Shown: positions 12,401-22,724, numbered from the whole stretch's first letter. The stretch is DNA of 63,860 nt, filler included, from Phoronis australis (GCA_002633005.1; 9 parts of 9 records of this genome joined end to end with filler, not necessarily neighbours in it), one strand, 5' to 3'. Numbers and translations: made by a program. Notes: a model not told the origin generated them from the sequence alone.

Positions 12401-15400
12401 AATGCGGTAAACAGCTTCTTGTGCACTGATTTCGCGGTGGTTTAAAAACACCGAACCAAGTTTTCTTAACCTTGAACAAATGTCATAATCTCTTATTTCT
12501 TTACAGGCTTGTTTCAACAATTCCCCCATTCCCCTTTCATTTTTGGTCACATAAGCAGCAACATACATGACACAACCATAAGGATCCAGGATATATTGCA
12601 GGTCCAAATTCGCTTGCCATGCTTTAAGAATAGTCGGATTATATGCGTTGACATTTTGCTCGGAAGGTGTTCGTTCTAAAACAACAGTGCAGCCCTTCTC
12701 TGAAACTGCTAAAGCTTCCATGTAGTTTTCAATAGTCGTATTAGCACATTCGCAGAGTTCAGTCAAAGACATTTCGGTTGAGGTATCACTAGCAAGAACA
12801 TCTTGTATTGATGAAAGAATCTCTTTTGCATTTTCCTGTTTAGCAATGGCCTCCTCAGGATCTGGTTCTCGTGCAATAATAGTAGCTGCACTGGGTGGTC
12901 TAGGATACTTGAACCTACATGACCCTTTCTTTCTACAATATGGCGAATGACTGTGCACTTGTAAGTTTTCCACGAGATCTAGCAATGTATCATCATCTTG
13001 AGGTAGAGCACAAGTGATATATTTACTAATAAAAGAAGACACTTCCTCATCAGTTTGTTCATTGAGCTTTGGCGCATCCTTAATCCACAACAGAATGTGT
13101 GCATGTGGTGACCCACGAGCTTGAAATTCTATGCGTGAAACGTAATCGGTGATTTCTCCCAAAGGATGAATATTTGATAACAGAACATCTCGGAAAAACA
13201 AGTCAAGTCTGTATTGAAAGTGCCGGGCAGCAGTCACAGGATTACATCGCAACCAGTTTGAACGTTCAGTAAAAGACAAGTTCTTAACATCTCCATCACT
13301 CAACACTGTACCATACTGTCTAGCTATTATCTGGATTGTGTCGCACCATCTAGTATCTGCAGCACTTAATGTTAAGAACATATTTGGTATGTTCTTCTGT
13401 CTTATCATGGCAAGAACGTCATAAAAGAGTGTCTGGTAATAAGCTGGGGATCCTCTCACATTCTTCAGTATTTTGTAAGCATTATCTGCCTTTATCATTT
13501 CATTCATCTGCTGCACATTCCTAACAAGTCCAGCATTTATTTCTTGGCCTTGGAATTGTTTGCCAGAACCTCTACGAAATATAAAATGATTTATGTCCGA
13601 GTTCACTTGTTTGCTTTCAGTGGCATACTGAGCACTTAACAGATATTCAATTGACTGAGCAAATCTGCCATCACAATCAAGGAGACGTTGATTAAAATAG
13701 CGTCTGGGATGCAATTTAACAGGCCTATCAGCAGTCAAAGCATATCTGCCTGTAGGGTACAGGTTCGGGTATGCCAACTCTTCAAAATTTTTATCGCTCA
13801 GTAAAGGCAAAGGTTTTTCACCCTCTCCAGGAGCCACATGAATTTCTTTCCCAGAAATATCAGGATTCTCTTCAATCATACTGGTTTCAAAAGGCAAACC
13901 ACAATCATTAGATTTTTTGAAAAACGCAGCATTGTCTTCTGCCTGAACATTTTCATCTTCACTACAGTCATCATCATCATCATCATCAGATACTGCAACA
14001 ACAGGAGTATCACCAGTATCATACTCTTCATCAGCAGCTCTCTGTACCTTTTTTACGTGCTCAATGTTATTGCCATTTTCTAACAGAATGACATAATGGC
14101 TCTGTGCTATCAAACCCAAATGAAACTCATTGTCAGTGCCATACCGGGAACACACTTCATCAACATGTTCACCTAAGGTAGTATGCACAAAGACTTTCAG
14201 AGAGAACATATCTGAGATTGCTTGCAAAGTAATGTGATCACCCCACTGATTCTCATGCTCCAATGCATCCAAATATCTAAGCCATCTGATCTCCCTTTGG
14301 GTATCATCATCTCCAATCATCTGTATTAACCTATCCTCATAAGTTGGCTGGTCCGTGTCAGCATTACTCAAATTGTCAGACAAAACACGATTGCAAACAA
14401 AATCTTTGTAAAGTCCTGCATTACTCAACATGTGAGAAGCAATTTGCTTTCTTAACTCGTTTGGATGAATGGAAATAACACCAAGCCTATTCAAATGGTA
14501 GCATACAGCAGAAAATAAACAGTTGCCATCACCAGGAACATCTATCACAGTCATACCATCTACTTGGGCAAGGCTATTTACAATATCATGATTACCTTGG
14601 TACACAGCTGTGGTTTCCATCTTTTTAGAACATTGACGAATATCTGGCTGACCATTACTACATATCATAGCCTCCCACAAGCCAACATCATCACACTGTG
14701 CTTGTTCAACCCAGTCGTCATTAATGGGTGTGTCTGAATAATGAGTATTGTGTTCCTTAAGCCAACGTAATGCTGTCAAAACTCTTGGTGGGTCCACGTA
14801 ATCATACATATAATAAGATTTGTATATTTTGCGCCGCTTGAATTTCAAAGGCACAAGATGGCACTGTGACGGCAATCGGGGAAATAACTCACAAACTGTG
14901 TCAAGCTTAGATGGTACATTTACGGCAGGTCCATGGATCCCGTGTTGTTTTCCACGAGGTAAACCAACCATTTTCATGAACGGTATTCTTTGTGACACCA
15001 GTCTTAGCTCAAGTTCATTAAGATTTTTCAGTTCTGCTGGTTGAGAATCAAGCAGTAAGTTATTTGCCTTCGACTGACTAGGCATTCTCCCACACTTCAA
15101 AGCGCAATGGCAAGTTTTGCATAACCATTCATTGCCATCAACAGATAATTTTTTGTGAACAAGAATAGACTGTAACATATCTGAATTCATTCTTGTGTAC
15201 TGTTCTGGCTTCAACAAAACAACCGAATGTCTATACATCAAACGATGACATGAGCAACAAATGTGATCAGGTCCAAGACGAACATTCTTGAGAAAACCAT
15301 TGATAACCTTTTCAGCAGTACGAATCATCAATTTTCTTGTGTGGAATACTTTATTTAAATAACACAACCGTTTTTTTCTTTTTTCAGGTGTTTCATTTGC

Positions 15401-15748
15401 ACGCGATTTTTCTGCATTCATTTTTGACTGATAAAGTCTTTTAGTCCTTTCTAAAGTAGTTTCTTCTGCATGACGTTTAGTAGTACGTGCATGGACTTTG
15501 CCAAGTCTCGTACACCTCTCAATCTGAGTCTCTTCAGAATTACGTTTAGTAACACTTGCATTAACTTTATCAAGTCTAGCGCGCTTTTCATCAGGCGTTT
15601 CTCGATTTCTTCCTTCAGTAACAGTAGCCAAAACTTTATCAAGACGTTTTCTTTTCTGTTCAGATGTTTCTAACTCGCGATGTTTTTCCATTCTTAGTCT
15701 TGCCAGTTCTTTCCTTTTGTTAGCACTTTGTTTTTTAGTTCGAGGCAT
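9413..15748 (-). CDS. Helentron/Helitron2 RepHel transposase with STPR-like repeats, Zn finger, OTU protease, HUH Rep, PIF1 helicase and C-terminal AP endonuclease (2111 aa, uninterrupted)
   Basis: Motifs in order: five 23-aa ETxExRxxRL repeats; CCSC...CKTC; LxELExRLVSQRIPF..NVP..PRLP..KFKRR..ALRWLKEHN (DUF6570-like); VPGDGNCLFSAV..WG..HY (OTU); FLTLS, RIEFQARGSPHAHILLW, YVAAYVTK (Rep); GPGGVGKS, APTGVAA, DEISM, GDLYQLPPV, MRQ, TIHKCQGLT, GQAYVAFSRV (PIF1); HLNI, FTETYL, YRSP, GDFN, IDHVY, SDH (EEP/AP endonuclease). Confidence 0.96.
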   Translation of the reverse strand: MPRTKKQSANKRKELARLRMEKHRELETSEQKRKRLDKVLATVTEGRNRETPDEKRARLDKVNASVTKRNSEETQIERCTRLGKVHARTTKRHAEETTLERTKRLYQSKMNAEKSRANETPEKRKKRLCYLNKVFHTRKLMIRTAEKVINGFLKNVRLGPDHICCSCHRLMYRHSVVLLKPEQYTRMNSDMLQSILVHKKLSVDGNEWLCKTCHCALKCGRMPSQSKANNLLLDSQPAELKNLNELELRLVSQRIPFMKMVGLPRGKQHGIHGPAVNVPSKLDTVCELFPRLPSQCHLVPLKFKRRKIYKSYYMYDYVDPPRVLTALRWLKEHNTHYSDTPINDDWVEQAQCDDVGLWEAMICSNGQPDIRQCSKKMETTAVYQGNHDIVNSLAQVDGMTVIDVPGDGNCLFSAVCYHLNRLGVISIHPNELRKQIASHMLSNAGLYKDFVCNRVLSDNLSNADTDQPTYEDRLIQMIGDDDTQREIRWLRYLDALEHENQWGDHITLQAISDMFSLKVFVHTTLGEHVDEVCSRYGTDNEFHLGLIAQSHYVILLENGNNIEHVKKVQRAADEEYDTGDTPVVAVSDDDDDDDCSEDENVQAEDNAAFFKKSNDCGLPFETSMIEENPDISGKEIHVAPGEGEKPLPLLSDKNFEELAYPNLYPTGRYALTADRPVKLHPRRYFNQRLLDCDGRFAQSIEYLLSAQYATESKQVNSDINHFIFRRGSGKQFQGQEINAGLVRNVQQMNEMIKADNAYKILKNVRGSPAYYQTLFYDVLAMIRQKNIPNMFLTLSAADTRWCDTIQIIARQYGTVLSDGDVKNLSFTERSNWLRCNPVTAARHFQYRLDLFFRDVLLSNIHPLGEITDYVSRIEFQARGSPHAHILLWIKDAPKLNEQTDEEVSSFISKYITCALPQDDDTLLDLVENLQVHSHSPYCRKKGSCRFKYPRPPSAATIIAREPDPEEAIAKQENAKEILSSIQDVLASDTSTEMSLTELCECANTTIENYMEALAVSEKGCTVVLERTPSEQNVNAYNPTILKAWQANLDLQYILDPYGCVMYVAAYVTKNERGMGELLKQACKEIRDYDICSRLRKLGSVFLNHREISAQEAVYRILSMPLKRSSRKIVFVNTDPKSTRIAVLKDKVQLDKLEDNDIDIFQTSLVDRYEYRPDSLENLCLAEFAASYKTTYKDYDDYNDSVPDVLNEGEVDIPLSLPQRIKLKNGKGSMHRRRQTAVIRFRKHNVEKEPSSFYRAKLMLYLPWRNEERDLKANYDDYHSHYNAVSQLIFENEQKFSHNTELIEQALDQNAHDGPPQHVWELLAPEVEHENLQAQNEGLDVVRGLEQEDLDANAAMFERPVAENASDLVARYDIEENRDCLIPQQYRSMMASLNEKQREIVVYHRQWCKYAVKCVKQNEKPKPYRIFLSGPGGVGKSHVIRLIQSDTKRFLSLSRKFKPTDIVTLLTAPTGVAAFNIGGMTIHSALLLRTSKYGQHGDALTYDKLNTLRSKLENLHLLVIDEISMVGSDMLLNIHRRLTDIMGPCDDSCLFGNVSILAVGDLYQLPPVCQSHIYDPVRNPLANLYGSLWKDHFMLHELSEVMRQRGDQRFAELLCRVRLGSHTEDDIAILRSRHCAENSPNYPYHALHVFARNDDVDNWNRKRLCSIEPDESDRVKIIAIDDKKDSTRLLDLDHIHKTSKRSETGGLHSVLEICCGARVMLIYNVDTSDGLVNGVIGVVDGIEKGNDGRVITVLVKFDNIEVGRKAIASGQWKLKYPDAVPIMRHESKFEKAGKKGAQVSRLQFPLTLAWAVTIHKCQGLTMDEIVVCMKGANKFSSGQAYVAFSRVKSLVGLHVTQFEPRGIKTDSKIAAEMKDMHNMRYTENDFLKDSVLAIGHLNIHYLLQKQKDLMNSFEKEFYNYVDIMCFTETYLSQGDCLNEFLESHSYVAFRSDVSSTIGQRKTHGILICASSKLQPTEIFPSLSLSYFEYKAIVVKTELGRLVVVAIYRSPSSSYRLFVENLESLLIELPEHVPTVILGDFNDNLLDTKDTLLTTLMKSYGFGQMITTATIDSGSLIDHVYFNRDTFYGEKVHSVIRDVYYSDHDAVLWTVTM

Positions 15749-16849
15749 AGTGATAAGTATCTCATAAAATACTTATGATCCAAATTGCTTTTAATCAATT
15801 TAGAAGCTATGAATGCCAAAGAAAATTTGATACAAGAACAGGTATTAATAGCTTTCAAATTTTAATTATGTATGACTTGCAGCGCCTGATAGTCACAGTA
15901 AAACAACAAAACCAATTAAAGACAAATTAAATAAAAATATAGTACTGTTCAGATTAGCTTTAAGTTCAATGTAGTGTATCAATTGCTATCGTATGCAGTT
16001 GTATAGGTATGAAGTCAAGATGGTGTAAAGGTGAAAGTAAAGATGACGTATTTTCACAGCGTTTCAGATGCCAGGTCTGAACTTCACTGTGAGCAAATGA
16101 GTTAATGAGATGAGGTGAAACGATACGTTGAGATATTAGGGTCATCCACCTGAAAAAGAAAATACTTGTTATTATAGTACATCCAAAGCAATTTAAATCA
16201 GAGACAATCTTGAAAGGAATTTTCCATTTGATCAGTACATAAAATATGAGGAAATGAATTTTTGCACACATGAAAATCAATAGTATTTTTTCAATATTTG
16301 CAAGTTTCACATGAAAATTTAACTTTCCTTGAATGAAAAAGTACTTAAATTCAACAAATGTATTACAAACACATGTATACACATAACAAACTAGTTGGTC
16401 AAAACTAATGTTCATACGATTCATAACAGAAAACAATACACACTGTTAACCTGTACATTGTCCTATAACTGATGAATAAAGACTAATGGCATCAAACTGT
16501 TAAAAGCCATTTAGCTAGGAAAGTTCGTGACAAGTATGAATTATATTCAAGTGAACAAGGGTCAAACAGGGATAAATATTTAGTTCAACAATTTTGTTTG
16601 GTTGTAATATTGATAAGCATCCCCAAATTGCTATTTGCAACTATCCTTTGAAGTTAGACAGTGATTGTGAGTATCAAATTAAGCAAATAGTCACTCGATG
16701 AACAATTTCATGACATGATTTATAAACCCAGAAGTTATGTCAAAAAACATGGACCACATAACCTGCACCAGCATTTGATTTGTGTTCAATCACTCATACC
16801 TGTGAAATGGTCAGATAGCATCGAACTATCAAACATGCATTAACATGTA

Positions 16850-17477
16850 AAGGGTTTACCCTGCTTGTAAACTTCTAAGTGGCCCGCCACGCTCCTTTTT
16901 GGACTTGCCAATCCACTATAACTGATTTATACATAGCAAAACAATATCAATGGAATTTCCATTGTACGTAAGTTTATTATGTCCCAAAAGTTCAAATACT
17001 TTTTTTACGTTCGTCATTTGTGGATAACAAAATCATAACACTTTTTTTTTTCGGGTCCACAACTGAATCTCATGTCAACACAATTTTTTTGTAAACTGAT
17101 ATATGTTGAGTGTTATAAAACTTTCCATACAAAGATCACACTATGCAGGACACTACATTGCCAATTTGTCTTATGAAGTATTCTATACCCAGATACTTCC
17201 ATCATATGATGGTCGGGTTAAGGTCTTGTCTATGGAGTGTGAACTTGTATAAAGCACCAAACTGCACCCAATAACTACTAGTATTACAAATTTTGCCTGG
17301 CGAGGTCCCCCCCTATCCCATACTTGCATGTGGCGCAGGGTTCTGCATCCACACTGATCATACACCAAAACCAAGGCATTCAGGGGTCCCACAAATCATA
17401 TTCGTGTGCAGCAACAAGAGTTGCACCCTGCTTTGGCCTTTCATCACCTCGTTCCTTACAAAAGCCAGGGGAAACTG
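16850..17477. mobile_element. Old hAT-like non-autonomous element nested in the Helentron upstream region
   Basis: Ends AGGGTTTACCCTGC ... CAGGGGAAACTG. The first ~55 nt match the element start at 21852. No clear TSD. Confidence 0.4.
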
Positions 17478-18774
17478 ATATATATTTATGTGCACGTATA
17501 AAAACTAATGTGGATTCTTACCTGTCTTTAAACTTTAACAGCTGATAACACCAATACCAACTTCCACCAACCCAGACTGAAAAAAGGACAGTACTACAGT
17601 CACAAGAATTAACAATAATATCCTACTTATTTCAAACTTAAAGTACTGATGAAATTTGAAGAAGCCATGTCTATAGGTCAAATAACTGAAAAATAGTAAA
17701 TTTAAAATATAAAAACAATTTCCAGGGACTATTGCTCACACTATAGTGCTGAGATCTATCAGGTGACGAGACAAAGGCGGCCAGAGGAGTGGAACTCCGG
17801 AGTCAAAATCAGATAAGCCTTCAATATAACGACCAAACTGGTAAGTGCGTATCTTGGAACAAATACATTTGTGTTTAACCTTCGAGTAATCAAGCAACAT
17901 TACCAAGTTTAGCTGCTTGTGTACGTGGCCGTTCGCACAGTTTGATACATAGTTTAAACCTTACGACAACATTTTTCCGCTTAAGAGATGCCCAAAAAAT
18001 GACTGGATAGTCTTCTTGAGCTGCATTAGGGCTGTCGGAATTACACACGCCATATCAACACCGTATCACCATTGTTATTACGCAATTTCTTAACCTATAG
18101 ACTACAATAAGGTTTACGCGACACCGTATGGTTTGTCGAGTAAAATGGCGGCTTGGAAACGCAGACGAACGTGTGTCAAGAATGCTGCGTTCTGATTGGT
18201 CAGTTAAGTCATCAGACGTAATCTTGGCGATAGGTCAATACACCATTGACCAAAATCATTATCTAACTATAACAAAAAATGAATTTCCAGATATATTAAA
18301 AGAAACTCTCTCAATTAGGAGATTCATGTTAGTAAAAGCCAGAAAAATTTTCCCATCACAGTGACATTCTCACAATACATAGAAATTCTCCCAACATGAG
18401 AACCTCCAGAGCTTTTCAACTAATCAATGTCTCACACTGGCTAAATTATCAAAGTTAAGTTGCTAGCATAAGTACTTTTGTGCATACAGGGTCACCTTAA
18501 TCCGCCATCAATGTCTTTAAAATATTTCCGCTAACTACATTTCGAGCAATACCCCACCCTGATACTCAAGTCAGCACTTGAGACAGGGCAAGTTATATGA
18601 TATCGTATTCCCAGGCACGACCTGCATGAAAATAGCCTGATACCAAGTCGAAATAGCAAATGGTGGATGAAACCACAGGCACTACAGTTGATCTGTTACT
18701 CGATCACAGTTGGTGGCACTCACTACTAAGAAAACATAACAATCAGGTTGATCATTGTACAAATCTCAGAATAC

Positions 18775-18828
18775 CTTTTCCTCTTGACGACTTCAAACTG
18801 CCTTTCAGTAGTGTTGTGACGTCAAATA
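18775..18828 (-). CDS. Putative 54-nt phase 1-1 exon of an unidentified gene (FDVTTLLKGSLKSSRGK)
   Basis: TTTTTTACAG acceptor, AG|GTATTC donor, only one open frame; a paralogous copy is at 21119-21172. Confidence 0.4.
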
Positions 18829-19021
18829 CTGTAAAAAAGACAGGAAACACAAATTCAAGGACCACATTTGTTGCATAAGATGTTCATGGTAAAGGACCTT
18901 CGGATATGCGGGTTTTCAGCAGATGCTCCTGGAGTTATTCTGCAGCTGTGCTTTCAAGGGCCCACGAATATTATTTAAATGACCTCCACATTGTTAAGCG
19001 TCAGTGTAAATGTATTTAAAC

Positions 19022-20969
19022 CAGGGACTCATCTAGCGGCCGTCCTTGGGACGGCCCTTTAAAAAAAATGACGGCTTTGGACGGCACGGCCAAGACGGAA
19101 AAAAGACGGCCTGTTCCAAAACAACCCCAGCGAAAACGAAGGCTAAACGAAGAATTTTAACATTTATTATTAATAAATTTCATTGAAACCTACAATTCAT
19201 TGTTTAAGTTCGCTAAATATTAAGAAATTACTTGACATTAGACACTTTTGCCGACTATTTTTACTATAAATGTCACAATGACGATCGGCAAATACTGGCA
19301 GCCATCCTTGGGGAATACCTTCCTATACTGTGACGTCAAGGTGACTTCATGCGGAATCCCCCGCACGACTAGTGTCAAGAAATATTGCATCCAGCGCTAA
19401 CTACCCGTACATGGACACTTAATCTTTGAAATTGAAGAACCCACACCCGAAGTTCAAAGGGTTTGCCGTAACCCTAATGCTAATTGCCGACGCGGAAGTT
19501 GGAGCGGCACTCGATATATTCGACGGAGCAGTCAATTTGTAATAGCCGACGGAGAACGTACACTACGAAAAAATGATACCCGACAAAATTCTAGCACTGA
19601 CCTGCCGTACAAATGCCATCAATGTCGTTGAACATGCAAACCAGATAAAACTTAGCGCAAACTTCCTTAATTTGTTCGCATAGCTCCATTACCACTCGAA
19701 CGAATGAATGAAAAAAATCAAAAAATCCGCACGGCCGAACGACTTAGTATATTGATGCGCGAGAATGCAGTACAAACTTTACGAGAAAAAAATGTGGTGT
19801 GTAATCTTGGTTACGTATCCAATGAATAACTTAGCAAGAAAATAAATGCCTTGAAATACTTCAACTTACTTTGGAATTCCATGATTATTGGGCGATTCGA
19901 GTTTATCCTCTGTGTGTGGCACTGCTAGCCGTACATGGAAAAAAGTAGGTCAGCTAGTCACGTGCACAGCACCTGTTACTCCGGCTGTGAACCAGGCCGT
20001 AGATTTGACTCTTAAACTGCGAGAAAAGAATAGTTCTTTTTAAGAATAAATTTCTTGTAGCGTACTATGAAAGACTGTGATTGACTTTCAACTTGGTAAG
20101 TTTCAATTCAACAAAGCGTCCACTTATAAATGCATTGCAGAAGACGTAACAACTACGATGTCCCCGGCGACCACTGGCTACCCCGTAGCCAAACGACGTG
20201 AAATTTACGAGTAAAGCGCTCGGAAAAACATTTAAGTAACGTAAAAATACAATGCCAAATTCAAACACGGAGTTTCGACGTTTTCTTGGACACGATCCTT
20301 TACGAAGCCAAGTCCGGGTATACACGCGCGAATGCACATACGCTGTCACTCCTATTTTCTAGCGGAGATATTTGACCGTATTGAGCACTGGTGATATTGA
20401 ATTGTGAATTTGTTGAGGATATGGTCTTGTTTTTGTAGATTCGTGAATTGCATTACTGTGCGATGTAACGAAACGTAGACATGTACTCTAGAATGCATTT
20501 TTTCATATCCTTTCGAATGCAACTTCATTATCTCCTCACAATTAAGCTAAAGTGGTTTCTCAACTGCATTATACTCTTTTCTTTTGAGAACTTCAAGATA
20601 CATTGAGTCCTGTACTCATGCTGCGGATTATCTGTCTATCATGTAACTCAACATAGATTATCTTACTAAAAAGATTTACAGATCTTGATTTTTGCAGCCT
20701 AGTGACAATACACACATCCTGAATGGAACAAACCTCCTAACTTTTGTTTAGTTTCCCTATGTGCCGTCCTTTTAACAAGAAAAAGACATCCAAACAGTGT
20801 GCTAAATAAAGAAATGATCTTTTTATGTAACAATTTTTTCCTCACCTGGTGGGGGAATTCCCCCATCTCCCCCCCCCATCAGCGCTACGTGCCTCAGATT
20901 TGCACTTTGCACGAGTCGTCAGCCACACGAATTTGGACCCCCAATTTTCAAATCCTAGATGAGTCCCTG
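19022..20969. mobile_element. Non-autonomous hAT transposon, 1948 bp
   Basis: Perfect 15-bp TIRs CAGGGACTCATCTAG / CTAGATGAGTCCCTG, perfect 8-bp TSD ATTTAAAC (19014-19021, 20970-20977), clustered GACGG subterminal motifs at the left end. Confidence 0.9.
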
Positions 20970-21118
20970 ATTTAAACTCTGATCATGTAAAACGATGCTG
21001 CTTAAAACCGAAGTACAACGGCATGATGGCTTCTAACGTTGCCTATAATGAAATCCAGCAGTTGCAGAAAATTATTTACATAACAATCAGGTTGATCATT
21101 GTACAAATCTCTGAATAC

Positions 21119-21172
21119 CTTTATCACTAAATGACTTCAAGCTGTCTTCCAGTAGTGATGTGACGTCAAGTA
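21119..21172 (-). CDS. Putative 54-nt phase 1-1 exon, duplicate (LDVTSLLEDSLKSFSDK)
   Basis: Same length, splice signals and open frame as 18775-18828 despite many substitutions. Confidence 0.4.
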
Positions 21173-21982
21173 CTGTAAAAAAAAACACAAACACAAGTTC
21201 AAGGACCACATTTGCTTAAAACCGTAGTACAACGGCATGATGGCTTCTAACCTTGCCTATTGCGCAATCCAGCTGTTGCAGAAAATTATTTACCACAACT
21301 TAACATGTGGCCACACAATGGAAATCTCCATCATAAACCAAGGGTTTGTTGTGCAACAGCAACCAATAGAACGAAATGCCAACATCAAACGAAAGTACAC
21401 TCATTGCTGTGATTAAATTTTATGCCAAGTGATAAAATGAGCTATAAGAAGATACAAGTTACTTATGATCCATGGAATTCTATTTCTTAGTTACTACAAG
21501 CATTGAAATTGGGGACAAGATCATGACTTTTACAAGGAAGTTGTTTGCTGAAAATTGGAATTTTATTTTCGACAAGTTTTACAGTTAAAGTACAATTGGA
21601 ATCTGTAATATTAACAATTTTAGGTCTTGAATTTAAAGCGTTGGAAATGCTAAATGTATATTCCATCTATAATTCACTGTTCACAGAGATAATATATTGG
21701 GATCAAGGAAAGATAAGGCTCCGGAGATTTATACAATACCAGTCTGAGGGAGATGCACACAGATTTTATTTGGATTTTATACAGTTTTAGTTGGGAGCCT
21801 CAGCTTAATAAAGTTATAGTGTCTAACCTTTATGTTTCTTGTACGTATATACAGAGTTTCCCCTGCGTGTAAATTTCTAAGCGGCCCGCCACGCTGTTTT
21901 TTGGCTCCGCCACTCGTAAGTCATACTCAAATTGACCGCCACACACCTAATCATGACAGGGTAACTTCACCGCCACACAAAA

Positions 21983-22062
21983 ATCGCTAGTAAAAATGAT
22001 CGCTAATAAAAATAATTGCTAGTAAAAATGATCGCTAGTAAAAATGATCGCTAGTAATAATG
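21983..22062. repeat. 16-bp tandem repeat (AAAAATGATCGCTAGT) x~5
   Basis: Direct inspection. Confidence 0.85.
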
Positions 22063-22724
22063 AATAAGTAGCCTACAAGTCACACGGCACCTTTCTCCAT
22101 TTGTGGATCAGGTGGGAAAAAAAATTTTACATTGGGATCTTAAATTGTGCTTCGTTAAACACGATCATACAATCCCCAATCCCCTTACATAACTCGTTTC
22201 TGCATGGTTATCAAACAATGTATATAGACTTGATACAGCCGGGGACCAGACACTTTAAGCAGTCAGATACGTCCAAATTTGGGAGCCTGAGAGCAACATA
22301 ACGATCCTAGGTCAAAAGCATGTATATTGTCATACATCGACACATCTTAAAAGTTTCTTTGGAATAATAACAGTTTTGTTAAATCGAACGAAAGTATTGT
22401 AAAAATACGCTAGTAAAGCATTTCCATGATCTACATACATAGTACAAACGAAACGATCTCTATAACGATTTTTTAAAAAAAAATGGCAGACAGAAAGGGA
22501 CGCCAGAAAGCAAAAAAAATACATAGTATATAAATATACCATATATCTAATACATACATTAAAACGTACTTTCAAACGGTATCAAGCCTATGTCTTAGAC
22601 ACAACGGACTCGCGCGTATGATGTCTTGACTTAAGAAACGCCACAGAGGTATTCGACGAGCACCATTCTGCCCTGATTTAAAGTGCTGAATACGAAATTT
22701 TGCCTAATAAAAACGTGTGATTTA

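Larger units (their letters stand above)
4629..18343. mobile_element. Probable extent of the autonomous Helentron. The left end is cut by the contig edge; the right end is at ~18343 or ~18594
   Basis: Contains the RepHel-EN ORF. HINE/DINE-like core sequence and ~230-bp internal repeats lie at 4629-6170. Candidate terminal hairpins are at 18312-18343 and 18557-18594. Boundaries are inferred, not confirmed by a second copy. Confidence 0.55.

Noticed and set aside
10119-15673. Small antisense or alternate-frame ORFs inside RepHel
   Set aside because: Shadow ORFs of the long CDS
15966-16436. 156-aa ORF upstream of RepHel
   Set aside because: AT-rich intron-like composition crossing a splice acceptor, no motif; better explained as leader and intron
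17763-17840. Plus-strand 78-nt candidate exon with a GTAAGT donor inside the Helentron leader
   Set aside because: The acceptor lacks a pyrimidine tract, and there are no partner exons or recognisable peptide
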